Of a stretch of 60,409 nucleotides of DNA, positions 27,859 to 38,189 are shown piece after piece. The DNA is taken from the NCBI GenBank assembly GCA_910589095.1, contig CAJUSN010000001.1:1-60409 (forward strand), given 5' to 3'. The number at the start of each line of letters is the position of its first letter. The stretch's first letter is position 1. The DNA comes from an uncultured Muribaculaceae bacterium. GTDB taxonomy: Bacteria; Bacteroidota; Bacteroidia; Bacteroidales; Muribaculaceae. A program made the position numbers and the translations under genes. The notes under the pieces were generated by a model. The model was not told the origin of the DNA. It did not search any database and saw only the letters and a program-made list of their open reading frames with translations.

Positions 27859-29529
27859 TTAATCCAAACATGCTCTAAGAAGAGCTTCAGCAGCGGCTCG
27901 TGCGGCAGGATTGGCTGTGTCGCCTGAAAGCATTAGGGCAATCTCATCCACCCGCCCCTCCGGGGATAGCTGTTCCACATGTGTCACGGTAGAGGTTTCG
28001 GTGTCATGCTTGAACACCTTGAAATGGCTTGAACCTTTAGCTGCCACCTGCGGAAGATGGGTAATGGCTATAACCTGTATGTTGGCGGCTATCGCACGCA
28101 TCATCCGACCCATGCGGTCGGCTACATCACCCGACACTCCCGTATCAACTTCATCGAAAATAATCGAAGGTAGCGACATGCGATGAGCAATTATCGACTT
28201 TATGGAGAGCATCAGGCGTGAAATCTCTCCCCCGGAAGCGGCTATCCCCACCGGTACCGGTGTTTGGTTCTTATTGAATGCAAAGCGGAACTCTACCCGG
28301 TCCATTCCTGTGGATGAGAGTTCGTTCGGTTCCACAGCTATGTCACACACAAGATTCTTCATGCCAAGCGGAACAGCAGTGTCATGAAGCACACGGGCAA
28401 ATTCGGCCGCAGCCTTGTTCCTGGCGCCGGATATTTCGCCCGCAGCTTCCACAGCGGCCTTCTTTGCTTGGCGCGCGCGGCGCTCAAGCTCAGAAATTAT
28501 AGCCGAGGAATTGTCCAGGCGTTCAAGCCGGCGCCGCAATTTCTGTGCCTGCTCCAACAATTCCGTCACCGTAGAAACACTGTGACGCCGAAGCACACTA
28601 TTGATTGTGGCTAAACGCTCATCTATATCGTCCAAGCGTGAAGCAGCGTCGTCAGGATACCTCACAGCAAGCGACTCAAGCGTATCTGCTATATCCGAGA
28701 GCTCTATCCTGGCTGTTTCAAGCCGAGTTGCTATATTGGTCTCCGCAGGTATGAGCTCACCGAGATCGGCAATGGTATCGGCAACCCGCGAAAGGAGTGA
28801 CATACAATTGTCGCTGTCGGTTGAAAGGAGAGAGAGCGCACTGTCAAACCCGGCGCGGGCTTCGGCGGCTTCTCCCAGACTTTCCCGCTCCTGCTCAAGC
28901 TCCGTCTCCTCATTGGGAGAAAGTTGCAGTTCATCGATACGCTGCAACTGAAACTGCATGAAGTCCGCATTCTCTCTATCGCGGGCCACGGCTGCCTTCG
29001 TCATTTTCAAACGTTGTAATGCCGAACGATACTCTTCATAAAGGGCCGAATAGGCATCCAACCGAGAGGCATTATCCGCGAGCGTATCAATTATCTGCAA
29101 CTGGAATGAGGCATCGGAAAGCAACTGGTTCTGATGCTGCGAATGGATATCCACAAGCCGCAGCCCAACGGCTCGCAGATGCTCAAGTGTCACCGGACTA
29201 TCGTTGATGAACGAGCGCGAGCGACCCGACGGGGCAATCTCTCTGCGAAGAATCATGCTGCTGTCATCCCATTCAATATCATTCGCTGCGCAATAAGCTT
29301 TAAGAGCATCATTCCCCGTCACTGCAAATTCTGCTTCTATCACTGACTTGGCATCAGTGTGACGGATAGAACGAGTATCTGCTCTGCCCCCCAAAAGCAA
29401 CGAGAGCGCTCCCAGCATTATTGACTTTCCTCCGCCGGTCTCACCGGTGATGATATTCAAGCCGCGGTCAAGCCGCAACTCTATACTGTCAATAAGGGCA
29501 TAATTTGAAATCCGGAGCGAACAGAGCAT
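27859..29529 (-). CDS. recN: DNA repair protein RecN
   Basis: TGETGGGKS, ASGGEISR, FDEVDTGVSG and ITHLPQVAA motifs. Confidence 0.95.
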   Translation of the reverse strand: MLCSLRISNYALIDSIELRLDRGLNIITGETGGGKSIMLGALSLLLGGRADTRSIRHTDAKSVIEAEFAVTGNDALKAYCAANDIEWDDSSMILRREIAPSGRSRSFINDSPVTLEHLRAVGLRLVDIHSQHQNQLLSDASFQLQIIDTLADNASRLDAYSALYEEYRSALQRLKMTKAAVARDRENADFMQFQLQRIDELQLSPNEETELEQERESLGEAAEARAGFDSALSLLSTDSDNCMSLLSRVADTIADLGELIPAETNIATRLETARIELSDIADTLESLAVRYPDDAASRLDDIDERLATINSVLRRHSVSTVTELLEQAQKLRRRLERLDNSSAIISELERRARQAKKAAVEAAGEISGARNKAAAEFARVLHDTAVPLGMKNLVCDIAVEPNELSSTGMDRVEFRFAFNKNQTPVPVGIAASGGEISRLMLSIKSIIAHRMSLPSIIFDEVDTGVSGDVADRMGRMMRAIAANIQVIAITHLPQVAAKGSSHFKVFKHDTETSTVTHVEQLSPEGRVDEIALMLSGDTANPAARAAAEALLRACLD

Positions 29530-29612
29530 AGTATTTTGATTCTTGGAGTGAGCTTTTAGAGTATGTTGCTTTTAGTGGTCTTCTAAATCATAAAACACAC
29601 GGCTGAAATGTC

Positions 29613-30521
29613 TCAACGTGTTTCAGGGGGATTCTTTATATCAGCCAAGCGGGCCTGGTCCGTTGGGTAAAGGTCGGATAGAAGCTTATACACCTCATCC
29701 CGCTCGCTTTGCGATCCCTTTGAATAAACATTTATGAGCTCATCAAGTTTGGCATCGTGCCACATTGTGAGCACCACCGACATAGGTGCCTTCTCACGGA
29801 TCTGTTCCAATGCCGGCAACGCTTTGGTTATGGTTGCGCGACCCTTGTCGGGAGCAACGGACATTTCGTCCAACCCACGGCGGTGATAATCATAAATAAG
29901 GTCGCGTATCACCTGGGTGTTCGGCTCTGTCAGTGCCGCAAGAACAGCCGCACGGTTACGATTGTCATCATACGTTTTCCAACCTATTTCGCCTGACGAT
30001 TGCGCCATCTGCACAATGTTTTGCAACCTCTCGTAGTAAGGTTGTCCCCCACGTGAAGAGAAGGAATCGAAATCAAGAGCAAGAATGAGATAGGCATAAT
30101 AATTAAGCAACGCCGTCAGATTATCCTCCATCGTATTTTCGGAAAACACCATCTGTTGATTCGGCCGATATTCAAACTCCACTTTCGTATCCTTGAAGTT
30201 GAGCAGCGTGGATGTATAGGAGCTGTTATACACCGGTCGCGATGACTGAATCTGAATGTCACCCTTAACTTTATCATCAGTGTATTCAGCCACTGTCAGA
30301 TACAGCCTGCACTCTATTTTCTCATTCGGGGAAAACTGAGCCGAACTGAACTTCGTGGAGTTCATATATTCGTTTATGCCTTCACGGAGAGCCTCGAAGG
30401 TGGTTTCCTGGCCCTGGACCTGCTGAGTATTGACCTCTACAGTGCAGTTTAGTTCCTGCGCCACGAGGCCTGGAGCTGTTGCAAGGCAGCATCCACTTAT
30501 GAGGAGATTGATTAGTTTCAT
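29613..30521 (-). CDS. DUF4835-family secreted protein
   Basis: Signal peptide then QELNCTV, SSRPVYNS and LDFDSFS; conserved position between coaBC and recN in Bacteroidota (from recall). Confidence 0.75.
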   Translation of the reverse strand: MKLINLLISGCCLATAPGLVAQELNCTVEVNTQQVQGQETTFEALREGINEYMNSTKFSSAQFSPNEKIECRLYLTVAEYTDDKVKGDIQIQSSRPVYNSSYTSTLLNFKDTKVEFEYRPNQQMVFSENTMEDNLTALLNYYAYLILALDFDSFSSRGGQPYYERLQNIVQMAQSSGEIGWKTYDDNRNRAAVLAALTEPNTQVIRDLIYDYHRRGLDEMSVAPDKGRATITKALPALEQIREKAPMSVVLTMWHDAKLDELINVYSKGSQSERDEVYKLLSDLYPTDQARLADIKNPPETR

Positions 30522-31708
30522 GAAAGGAGAGATATTAATTTTGAGGCCACCGCTCCTTTTGATAAAAGCGGGGTAGATTCTATAAGCCCGGCAGGCCCAT
30601 AGATCGACACTTGATTCGTGTCAGTAGCAAACCCGGCCCCGGGAACAGCCAGTGAGTTGAGCACAATCATATCAAGGTTCTTGGATGCAAGCTTGCGGCG
30701 CGCATTTTCCTCCTCATGATCCGTTTCGAGGGCAAACCCTACTAAGGTCTGACCTTCACGCTTCATGCCACCGAGCGTAGCCGCTATGTCAGGGTTGCGT
30801 CGGAGTTCTATCGTGGCCGTTTCTGCTTGTTCGCGCTTTATTTTCGTATCATGAACCTTGGCCGGAGCATAATCCGCCACGGCTGCACACATCACTGCCA
30901 GATCCATGGAAGGGAAGAGCTTGACACACTCGGAACACATCTCCTGTGCCGATTCCACCTTCACAACCTTCACCGATTCCTCCGCAGGTTTCACTGACAC
31001 CGGACCGCTCACAACCGTGACTTCAGCACCGGCCTTGGCAGCAGCATCTGCAATGGCATACCCCATTTTGCCGGTTGAAAAATTGCCTATGAACCGAACC
31101 GGATCTATGCGCTCATAGGTAGGACCGGCTGTAATGAGCATCTTCTTACCTTTCAGCGGCAGTGAACGATCGAAGAACTCTTCCAGGACGGCAACAATAT
31201 TTTCCGGCTCTTCCATGCGACCGCGCCCCACAAGGTGACTTGCAAGCTCGCCTGCTGCCGGTTCAATTATGTGATTTCCGTAGGAACGGAGAAGTTCAAG
31301 ATTGCGCGTTGTCGACGGATGAGCCATCATATCAAGGTCCATGGCCGGAGCCACAAACACAGGCGCCTTAGCCGAAAGATATGTAGTCACCAGCATATTA
31401 TCGGCTACTCCATTGGCCATTTTGCCTATGGTGCAAGCTGTGGCCGGCGCGATAACCATGGCATCGGCCCACAGTCCGAGATCCACGTGTGAGTGCCATT
31501 CACCCGTATTGGCCGTGAAAAACTCACTGACCACCGGCTTGCCCGTAAGCGCCGAAAGTGTTACCGGAGTGATAAACTCCTTGGCCGACGGGGTCATCAC
31601 CACCTGCACCTCGGCCCCCCTCTTTATGAGAAGGCGGGTAAGGATAGCGGTTTTATAAGCGGCTATACCGCCTGTGATACCTAAAATGATGTGCTTTCCC
31701 TTGAGCAT
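30518..31708 (-). CDS. coaBC: bifunctional phosphopantothenoylcysteine decarboxylase/synthetase
   Basis: GITGGIAAYK, APAMD, TAGPTYERIDPVRFIGN and GFALET motifs. Confidence 0.95.
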   Translation of the reverse strand: MLKGKHIILGITGGIAAYKTAILTRLLIKRGAEVQVVMTPSAKEFITPVTLSALTGKPVVSEFFTANTGEWHSHVDLGLWADAMVIAPATACTIGKMANGVADNMLVTTYLSAKAPVFVAPAMDLDMMAHPSTTRNLELLRSYGNHIIEPAAGELASHLVGRGRMEEPENIVAVLEEFFDRSLPLKGKKMLITAGPTYERIDPVRFIGNFSTGKMGYAIADAAAKAGAEVTVVSGPVSVKPAEESVKVVKVESAQEMCSECVKLFPSMDLAVMCAAVADYAPAKVHDTKIKREQAETATIELRRNPDIAATLGGMKREGQTLVGFALETDHEEENARRKLASKNLDMIVLNSLAVPGAGFATDTNQVSIYGPAGLIESTPLLSKGAVASKLISLLS

Positions 31709-31714
31709 GACCGG

Positions 31715-32500
31715 TCAGGATTGTTTCTTACGTTTAGCATCTATGCGCAGCTTGATTCGCGCGAACGCATTCTTGGTCGACTGCTGGAAATCACCTTGCT
31801 GCACCCAACTGTAGTAGCCGGGATCGCGTGCAAGTACCTCCTCAGCTATCTGCCCCTTGTACTTCCCGAAGTTGATCACCTCCTGCTTGGCATCATTATA
31901 CACGAGCCGACCTGCGAAATCAACATTTCTGCCGTGGGAGGAGAACTCCGACAGAGCAGCCACATCATTTGTCAGCGCATCGCTGTAACGGTCGAGCTGT
32001 GCTTTAAGCACCTCAAGTGTTGCACGTGTGTCGGCGCTTGCCGAGTGTGCATCTTCAAGATTTTTGCCGCAATAATAACGGTAGGCGGCGCTCAGGTTAC
32101 GCGGCTCCATTTTGTGATAAATGGTCTGCACGTCAACCAAGCGTGTTTTGGACATATCCAGCACAATGCCTGCCCGGTTGAATTCCTCAAGGAGCAGGGG
32201 TATGTCAAAGCGGTTGGAATTAAATCCGGCTATGTCGCAATCAGTAAAAATCTCAGCCAGGCTCTTGGCCAGCTGCTTGAATGTGGGTGCGGATGCCACA
32301 TCCTCGTCAGTGATATGATGCACGGCTGTGGCCTCGGCCGGGATAGGCATTTCCGGATTCACGCGGCGTGTACGCTCTATCTCTTCGCCTGAAGGGAGCA
32401 CTTTGATGATCGAAATCTCCACTATACGGTCATGAGTGATGTTCGTACCGGTGGTTTCCAGATCAAAAAATATGATGGGACGCTGTAGTTTAAGTTGCAT
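31715..32500 (-). CDS. DEDDh 3'-5' exonuclease (Pol III epsilon-like)
   Basis: FDLETTG, FNSNRFD and HSASADT motifs; adjacent to dnaN. Confidence 0.88.
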   Translation of the reverse strand: MQLKLQRPIIFFDLETTGTNITHDRIVEISIIKVLPSGEEIERTRRVNPEMPIPAEATAVHHITDEDVASAPTFKQLAKSLAEIFTDCDIAGFNSNRFDIPLLLEEFNRAGIVLDMSKTRLVDVQTIYHKMEPRNLSAAYRYYCGKNLEDAHSASADTRATLEVLKAQLDRYSDALTNDVAALSEFSSHGRNVDFAGRLVYNDAKQEVINFGKYKGQIAEEVLARDPGYYSWVQQGDFQQSTKNAFARIKLRIDAKRKKQS

Positions 32501-32511
32501 TTCAGGGGGAA

Positions 32512-33636
32512 TTATTCACCTATGTTCATAGGCATAAGTATCATTACAAGCTCAGTGTCGGGCGCTGATTCACCGGGGAGGAAAAGAGCCGGACGGGAAG
32601 GATCGGCAAGTTTGATAACAATGTCCGACGATGAGAATGTGGAAAGGATCTCCACCAGGTACTGGCTGCCGAAGCCCATATTGATAGGCTGGCCATTGTA
32701 GTCACAGGCCACACGTTCCTCACCGGAAGTTCCGAGGCTGTTGTCCGAGGCTCGGAGGATAACCTCACTCGTGTTGAAATTGAATTTCACCAGGCCCCCG
32801 CCACCGTCGCCGAACACGGCCACACGACGCACTGCGTTAAGGAAAGACACACGATCGGCCGTGAACACATAGGGATTCGATACGGGGATCACACGGTTGT
32901 AGTCCGGGAATGTTCCCTTGATCAGACGGCAATCAAACGTGAATGTAGCGCTTTCGAAAATAGCCGATACAGGGGTTACGGTGATTCGCACCGAATCCTC
33001 TTTTGCAAACACATTCTTGATCACCTGAGCTCCTTTCACCGGCAGGATAAAAGAGCACTCAGTGGCAGGATGTATTGTGCCGTCCACATATTTCACAAGC
33101 TTGCGGGTATCGGTAGCCACGAACACAATTGAATCAGGCTTGACATCCCAGAGAATACCCATCATTTGCGGACGGATCTCCTCGGTGCTCACCGCAAAAA
33201 GGGTGTTTTCAATTCCCTTGATAATCTGCTCCGACGAACAATCGAAAGTCACAGTATCGGTAGCGGCAGCTTTGCGATGTTCGGGATATTCGAAACCGGA
33301 AAGGGCCACGGTGTTGTAATGACCGTTGGTATAGGTAATCAACACCTCCATATTCTGATCATTTATATCGAATGTGATGCCCTGATCAGGCATCTCCTTG
33401 AGCAATTCCACAATGCGGCGCGCGTCAAGGCAAAAGCTGCCGTTGCCTTCGGCTTCTGTCACGCTCAAGCGACCTACGAGAGAGTTCTCCATATCGGAAG
33501 CGGTAACAGTGAGTGTATCGCCATCGAGCTCGAAAAGGAAGTTATTAAGAATTTGCAATGCATTGCGGGAGCTGATGATTTTGCTCACGGACGATGCGAA
33601 GGTGTAAAGAGTTTTGCTTGATACGTTGAACTTCAT
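32512..33636 (-). CDS. dnaN: DNA polymerase III beta clamp
   Basis: 374 aa; ASDME, VATDTRKL, GTFPDYNRVIP and ILMPM motifs. Confidence 0.95.
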   Translation of the reverse strand: MKFNVSSKTLYTFASSVSKIISSRNALQILNNFLFELDGDTLTVTASDMENSLVGRLSVTEAEGNGSFCLDARRIVELLKEMPDQGITFDINDQNMEVLITYTNGHYNTVALSGFEYPEHRKAAATDTVTFDCSSEQIIKGIENTLFAVSTEEIRPQMMGILWDVKPDSIVFVATDTRKLVKYVDGTIHPATECSFILPVKGAQVIKNVFAKEDSVRITVTPVSAIFESATFTFDCRLIKGTFPDYNRVIPVSNPYVFTADRVSFLNAVRRVAVFGDGGGGLVKFNFNTSEVILRASDNSLGTSGEERVACDYNGQPINMGFGSQYLVEILSTFSSSDIVIKLADPSRPALFLPGESAPDTELVMILMPMNIGE

Positions 33637-33699
33637 CGGTATATTCGGTTAGTGATTTATCAAAATAATGTGTTTCTGAATTCTTTTCAGCAGCCGGCA

Positions 33700-36141
33700 T
33701 CAATCGAAGAATTCCGAGTCTGGCTCGGCTTCTCCTCCATCATCTGCATGTTCAGTTACTGTCTCCATGACAGGCTCTATGACACCCCCCACTCCTAAGC
33801 TGGGTATGAAGTCATTGTCACAGATGTCAAGATCGGTGGGCACCTGGAATTTCACGGATTGGGAATAGTGAAGCTCCGGATCGGCAAACACTTTCTTCAT
33901 GAAAAGGCCCCAGATGGGCAACGCCATGGAGGCACCCTGCCCTATCGAACCGTTGAGGAAGTGGATATAGCGTTCCTCACCGCCTACCCAAGCTCCGGCC
34001 ACAATCTCAGGAGTGAGGCCCATAAACCATCCGTCGGCATTGTAGTTGGTGGTACCGGTTTTACCGCCCATTTCGGCCGAAATGTTCCATGGACCGCCAC
34101 GCAATCGACGTCCGGTACCATTGTTGACAACGCTCTGAAGCATGGCCAGCATACGGTAATAACCTTTCTCGGAAAGCACCTCGGTGTGTTTCGGCACGAA
34201 TTCCGATATGATGTTTCCTTTATTGTCGGCTATGGCAGTAACCAGGATGGGATCGACTCGCATTCCCTTATTGGCAAACGCTGAGTAGGCTCCCACCATC
34301 TCTTTAACAGAGATATCGGCCGAACCGAGTGCAAGGGTGTAATTCACGTCAAGCGGCGAACTTACACCGAAGTTGCGCAATGTGCGCACCAATGCACCGG
34401 GCGACAGCTGGTCAATCAATCGGGCTGAAATCCAGTTATTGGATGTGGTCAACGCCCATTTCAAATCCACCATACCGCCGGCTCGCGAACGTCCCGAACG
34501 TATGGTCCAGAGTTTACCATTATTGTAAATACGTGGAGGCGCATTGAGAATACGGTCACAGGGGGTGTAACCCTCCTCCATAGCCAGCGAGTAAAGGAAT
34601 GGTTTTATGGTAGAACCAACCTGACGTCGGCCGAGCGAAACCATGTCATACTGGAAGAATTTGAAATCCGGACCACCCACATAGGCAAGTATATGACCGG
34701 TAACGGGATCCATTGCCATGAAGCCGGCTCGCAGGAACCGCTTATGATAGAGGATAGAGTCAAGCGGGGTCATCACAGTGTCGATCGCACCGGAATAGGA
34801 GAACACTTTCATCTCCACCGGAACATCGAATGTCTTGCGGATTTCTGCATCATCCATTCCGCCGGCCTTGAATTTGCGCCAACGGTCCGACTGCTTGATA
34901 GCCTGGTTGATAAGGTGCTGCACCCTCACCTCGGAGATCTCCGTGCGGTTAGTGGAATAAGGATTTCCCCAGGTTCCACGCTTCTCGCGGTTAAAGGCAG
35001 GTTGAAGAGTACGGCCAAGATGCTCGCTCACAGCGGCTTCGGCATGTTTCTGCATGCGCGAATCTATGGAAGTGTAAATCTTCAGTCCATCGTTGTAGAT
35101 ATCATATTTTGAGCCATCGGGCTTGGTGTTCTTTTCGATCCATCCGAAGAGCGGATTACGGATCCACTCGATTGAATCAGAGAAGAATTTAGCCATTTCC
35201 CATGACTTATAGTTCTCGCGCTGAGGTTTTTTAGCGCGCATCATGTAGCGGATCTGCTCGCGCACATAAGGTGCTATACCATCCTTATGATCCACTCTAT
35301 GGAAATCCACCTCGACGGGCAACTCTTTGAGGGAATCAACTTCGGCCTGCGAAAGCATACCGGCTTTCTGCATCTGCTCGAACACCACATTGCGACGCTC
35401 GCGAGCCCGCTCCGGATGGCGTATGGGGTTGTAGATCGATGGGTTTTTCACCATTCCTACAAGCAGCGCGGCTTCCTGAATGTTCAGATCCTGAGGTTCT
35501 TTACCAAAATACACCTGGGCTGCCGAGCGGATACCGACCGCATTGTAAAGGAAATCAAATTGATTCAGGTACATCTTGATAATCTCCTCCTTGGAATAGA
35601 ATCGTTCCAGCTTGAGGGCTATCATCCATTCTATAGGTTTCTGAAACGCACGGTGGAGGTTATTGGTTGTTTCCGTCGAATACAGCTGCTTGGCAAGCTG
35701 CTGCGTCAAAGTCGATCCACCACCAGCGCTTCGGTCCTGCATGAGGAGTGTCTTGAATCCAACACGCATCAAGGCACGGAAGTCAATACCGGAATGATCC
35801 ATGAAGCGCGCATCCTCTGTGGCGATAAGTGCATTCACCACATGGTCGGAGATTTCATCGAAGTCGGCGCTCACACGGTTTCCGCTACCTTGAAAGAAGC
35901 GGCCCATCTCCTCGCCGTCGGCCGTATAGAGGATCGAGGCATATTTATCGGTTGGGTTCTTGAGCTCTTCAATATCCGGCATATAGCCTATCACACCGTT
36001 ATAAGCAAAAATCAGTGAAACACCGATCAATCCAACGAAGCAACCGAAGGCAATCCACAGCTTGGCCACAATGCTTAATTTGCGCTTTGCTGCCGGAAGG
36101 GACTGTTTTTTTTTCGATTGGTTAGAAAAGATATTTTTCAT
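33700..36141 (-). CDS. class A penicillin-binding protein (PBP1A)
   Basis: GT51 motifs ATEDARF and GGSTLTQQLAK; transpeptidase STIK, SNN and KTGT. Confidence 0.92.
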   Translation of the reverse strand: MKNIFSNQSKKKQSLPAAKRKLSIVAKLWIAFGCFVGLIGVSLIFAYNGVIGYMPDIEELKNPTDKYASILYTADGEEMGRFFQGSGNRVSADFDEISDHVVNALIATEDARFMDHSGIDFRALMRVGFKTLLMQDRSAGGGSTLTQQLAKQLYSTETTNNLHRAFQKPIEWMIALKLERFYSKEEIIKMYLNQFDFLYNAVGIRSAAQVYFGKEPQDLNIQEAALLVGMVKNPSIYNPIRHPERARERRNVVFEQMQKAGMLSQAEVDSLKELPVEVDFHRVDHKDGIAPYVREQIRYMMRAKKPQRENYKSWEMAKFFSDSIEWIRNPLFGWIEKNTKPDGSKYDIYNDGLKIYTSIDSRMQKHAEAAVSEHLGRTLQPAFNREKRGTWGNPYSTNRTEISEVRVQHLINQAIKQSDRWRKFKAGGMDDAEIRKTFDVPVEMKVFSYSGAIDTVMTPLDSILYHKRFLRAGFMAMDPVTGHILAYVGGPDFKFFQYDMVSLGRRQVGSTIKPFLYSLAMEEGYTPCDRILNAPPRIYNNGKLWTIRSGRSRAGGMVDLKWALTTSNNWISARLIDQLSPGALVRTLRNFGVSSPLDVNYTLALGSADISVKEMVGAYSAFANKGMRVDPILVTAIADNKGNIISEFVPKHTEVLSEKGYYRMLAMLQSVVNNGTGRRLRGGPWNISAEMGGKTGTTNYNADGWFMGLTPEIVAGAWVGGEERYIHFLNGSIGQGASMALPIWGLFMKKVFADPELHYSQSVKFQVPTDLDICDNDFIPSLGVGGVIEPVMETVTEHADDGGEAEPDSEFFD

Positions 36142-36319
36142 GTAATGACGTGTCAATGTAACAATTGTGAGCCACAGGGTTTATATCACGTGCCCAATGA
36201 CTCTAATAAAGCACAAAGATAGCATATATTTAGCAAACATCCTCCCCCACATCTTATTTTTTTAACACATTTTCCCGTTTTTTCAGCACCATTTTTCATA
36301 ATCGCTTTCTCAAACAGAA

Positions 36320-36360
36320 CCGCCCCCGCATACGGATTATGCTTCCGAATGCGGGGGCGG
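36320..36360 (-). terminator. terminator downstream of ahpC
   Basis: CCGCCCCCGCAT...ATGCGGGGGCGG 12-bp stem. Confidence 0.7.
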
Positions 36361-36391
36361 GAATAAGGATTTATCTGATATGTCAGATTTC

Positions 36392-36961
36392 TCAGATTTT
36401 ACCAACCAGTTCAATACCGGGGGTTAGAGTTTTGTCGCCCTGCTTCCAACGGGCCGGGCACACCTGATCGCCATGCTCAGCCACGAAGAGCGCGGCTTCA
36501 AGCTTACGGAGCAACTCTTCCGAGTTACGGCCAATGCCGTTGTCATTGATTTCAGCGATTTTGATAACGCCTTCGGGATTGACAACAAATGTTCCACGAT
36601 AAGCCATGAACGACGCAGGATCAAGCACTCCGAACGACTCGGCAAGTTTGCCATCTCGGTCAGCGAGCATGGGGAATTTAACTTTTGCAATGCTTTCCGA
36701 AGTGTCCGCCCAAGCTTTGTGGGTAAACTGCGAGTCTGTGCTTACGGCGTAAACCTCTGCTCCAAGTTCTTTGAAGCGGGAATAGTTGTCAGCCATGTCC
36801 ACGAGCTCCGTTGGGCACACGAACGTAAAGTCGGCAGGATAGAAGAAGAAAATGGACCAGTGTCCGAGAATATCGTTGTGAGTCACATTCTTGAATCCTT
36901 CCGAGGCAACGTAGGCCGGTACGGAGAACTCCGGCACTTGCTTATTGATTATTGTTTCCAT
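36392..36961 (-). CDS. ahpC: alkyl hydroperoxide reductase subunit C (2-Cys peroxiredoxin)
   Basis: FYPADFTFVCPTE and VCPARW motifs. Confidence 0.93.
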   Translation of the reverse strand: METIINKQVPEFSVPAYVASEGFKNVTHNDILGHWSIFFFYPADFTFVCPTELVDMADNYSRFKELGAEVYAVSTDSQFTHKAWADTSESIAKVKFPMLADRDGKLAESFGVLDPASFMAYRGTFVVNPEGVIKIAEINDNGIGRNSEELLRKLEAALFVAEHGDQVCPARWKQGDKTLTPGIELVGKI

Positions 36962-37134
36962 TCTTTAAAATAAGTATGTTTATTAATTTTTCAACATATA
37001 AACAAACGCTGCCCCCTAAAGTTGCGCCTCACGTAGTTAAATAACTTAGAAACTGTTTAAATTATTTTCAGAATAAGTTCAAACATGTTCTTAAACCCGC
37101 ACAAACCACTATTTTACTGACAGTTGCACAACAA

Positions 37135-37171
37135 AGCGAAGCCCGTTACCTTTCGGGCAACGAACCTCGCT
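37135..37171 (-). terminator. terminator downstream of the nucleotidyltransferase gene
   Basis: Minus-strand AGCGAGGTTCGTTGCC-CGAAA-GGTAACGGGCTTCGCT stem with G-U pairs, followed by TTGTT. Confidence 0.65.
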
Positions 37172-37258
37172 CTACATGTAATATCTATGAGTCCATTCTT
37201 GCTTAAACTCCGATTGAGCAAAACTGACTCGGAATCCAAGCACGCTGGAACAGACTTA

Positions 37259-38164
37259 TTAGAAAAGTCGTTCGGGATAAGTTCCGTCAGTGTGCAGGCG
37301 GGCAAATTTTTCAACCACTCCGGGACGGTCGGCTGCATATGTCACGCCAAACCAACGTGAATCGGTATCAAGAACCTTCACAGTTGCTTCGCCATTCTTA
37401 ATGAGCGTATCAATGCACAGAGGGATAAAGAATTCGGCCTTGGGAGTGTTCAGGTCGCGGTCAAGGAAGTTCTTGAACTCACGCTCGCTGTAATCAAAAT
37501 AATCGGGTGTGAAACCCCAGAGATTCATTGACACGGGTGTGCGGGGATCAAGGGTCTGCTCTTCGCCATTTTCATCTGTGAACACAATGCGTCCATCCTT
37601 ATCGTAGCTAATGGCAGTGCGCTCAACAACCGAAGTGAGAAGACCCTCGGGCGAGGTGGTGCACACACCGCGTGCCACCGATCCGTTTTCAGTCATTGTA
37701 TTGCCTACACGGAAGCCAACCATGCAATAATCACCCTTGCGGTCATGTTCACGTGAAAGTTCCTTGGCTATCACTTCAAATGCATTGCGGCCATAGAAGT
37801 CGTCGGCATTGATCACTGCAAACGGCTCTTTGATAGTATCTTTGGCCATGAGCACTGCATGATTTGTACCCCAGGGCTTGGTACGGTCAGCCGGGCAGGT
37901 ATAACCTTCGGGCAGAGCGTCAGTTGACTGGAACACAACCTCAACAGGTATATGTCCTTCATACTTTGAAAGAATCTTCTCACGGAAATCCTTTTCAAAA
38001 TCCTTGCGGATCACGAAAACCACTTTGCCAAATCCTGAGTGGATGGCATCATAGATGGAGTAGTCCATGATAGTTTCGCCATTAGGGCCTAAGGGATCAA
38101 GCTGTTTAAGACCACCGTAACGGCTGCCCATACCGGCAGCAAGCACATAAAGTGTAGGTTTCAT
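37259..38164 (-). CDS. sugar-phosphate nucleotidyltransferase family protein
   Basis: LAAGMGSRYGGLKQ, KPWGT and INADDFYG motifs. Confidence 0.88.
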   Translation of the reverse strand: MKPTLYVLAAGMGSRYGGLKQLDPLGPNGETIMDYSIYDAIHSGFGKVVFVIRKDFEKDFREKILSKYEGHIPVEVVFQSTDALPEGYTCPADRTKPWGTNHAVLMAKDTIKEPFAVINADDFYGRNAFEVIAKELSREHDRKGDYCMVGFRVGNTMTENGSVARGVCTTSPEGLLTSVVERTAISYDKDGRIVFTDENGEEQTLDPRTPVSMNLWGFTPDYFDYSEREFKNFLDRDLNTPKAEFFIPLCIDTLIKNGEATVKVLDTDSRWFGVTYAADRPGVVEKFARLHTDGTYPERLF

Positions 38165-38189
38165 TGCAATATGTTTAATAATTGATTTT

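Noticed and set aside
37114..37360. Small ORFs in the ahpC-nucleotidyltransferase intergenic region
   Set aside because: They overlap a terminator hairpin and the neighbouring gene end; no motif.
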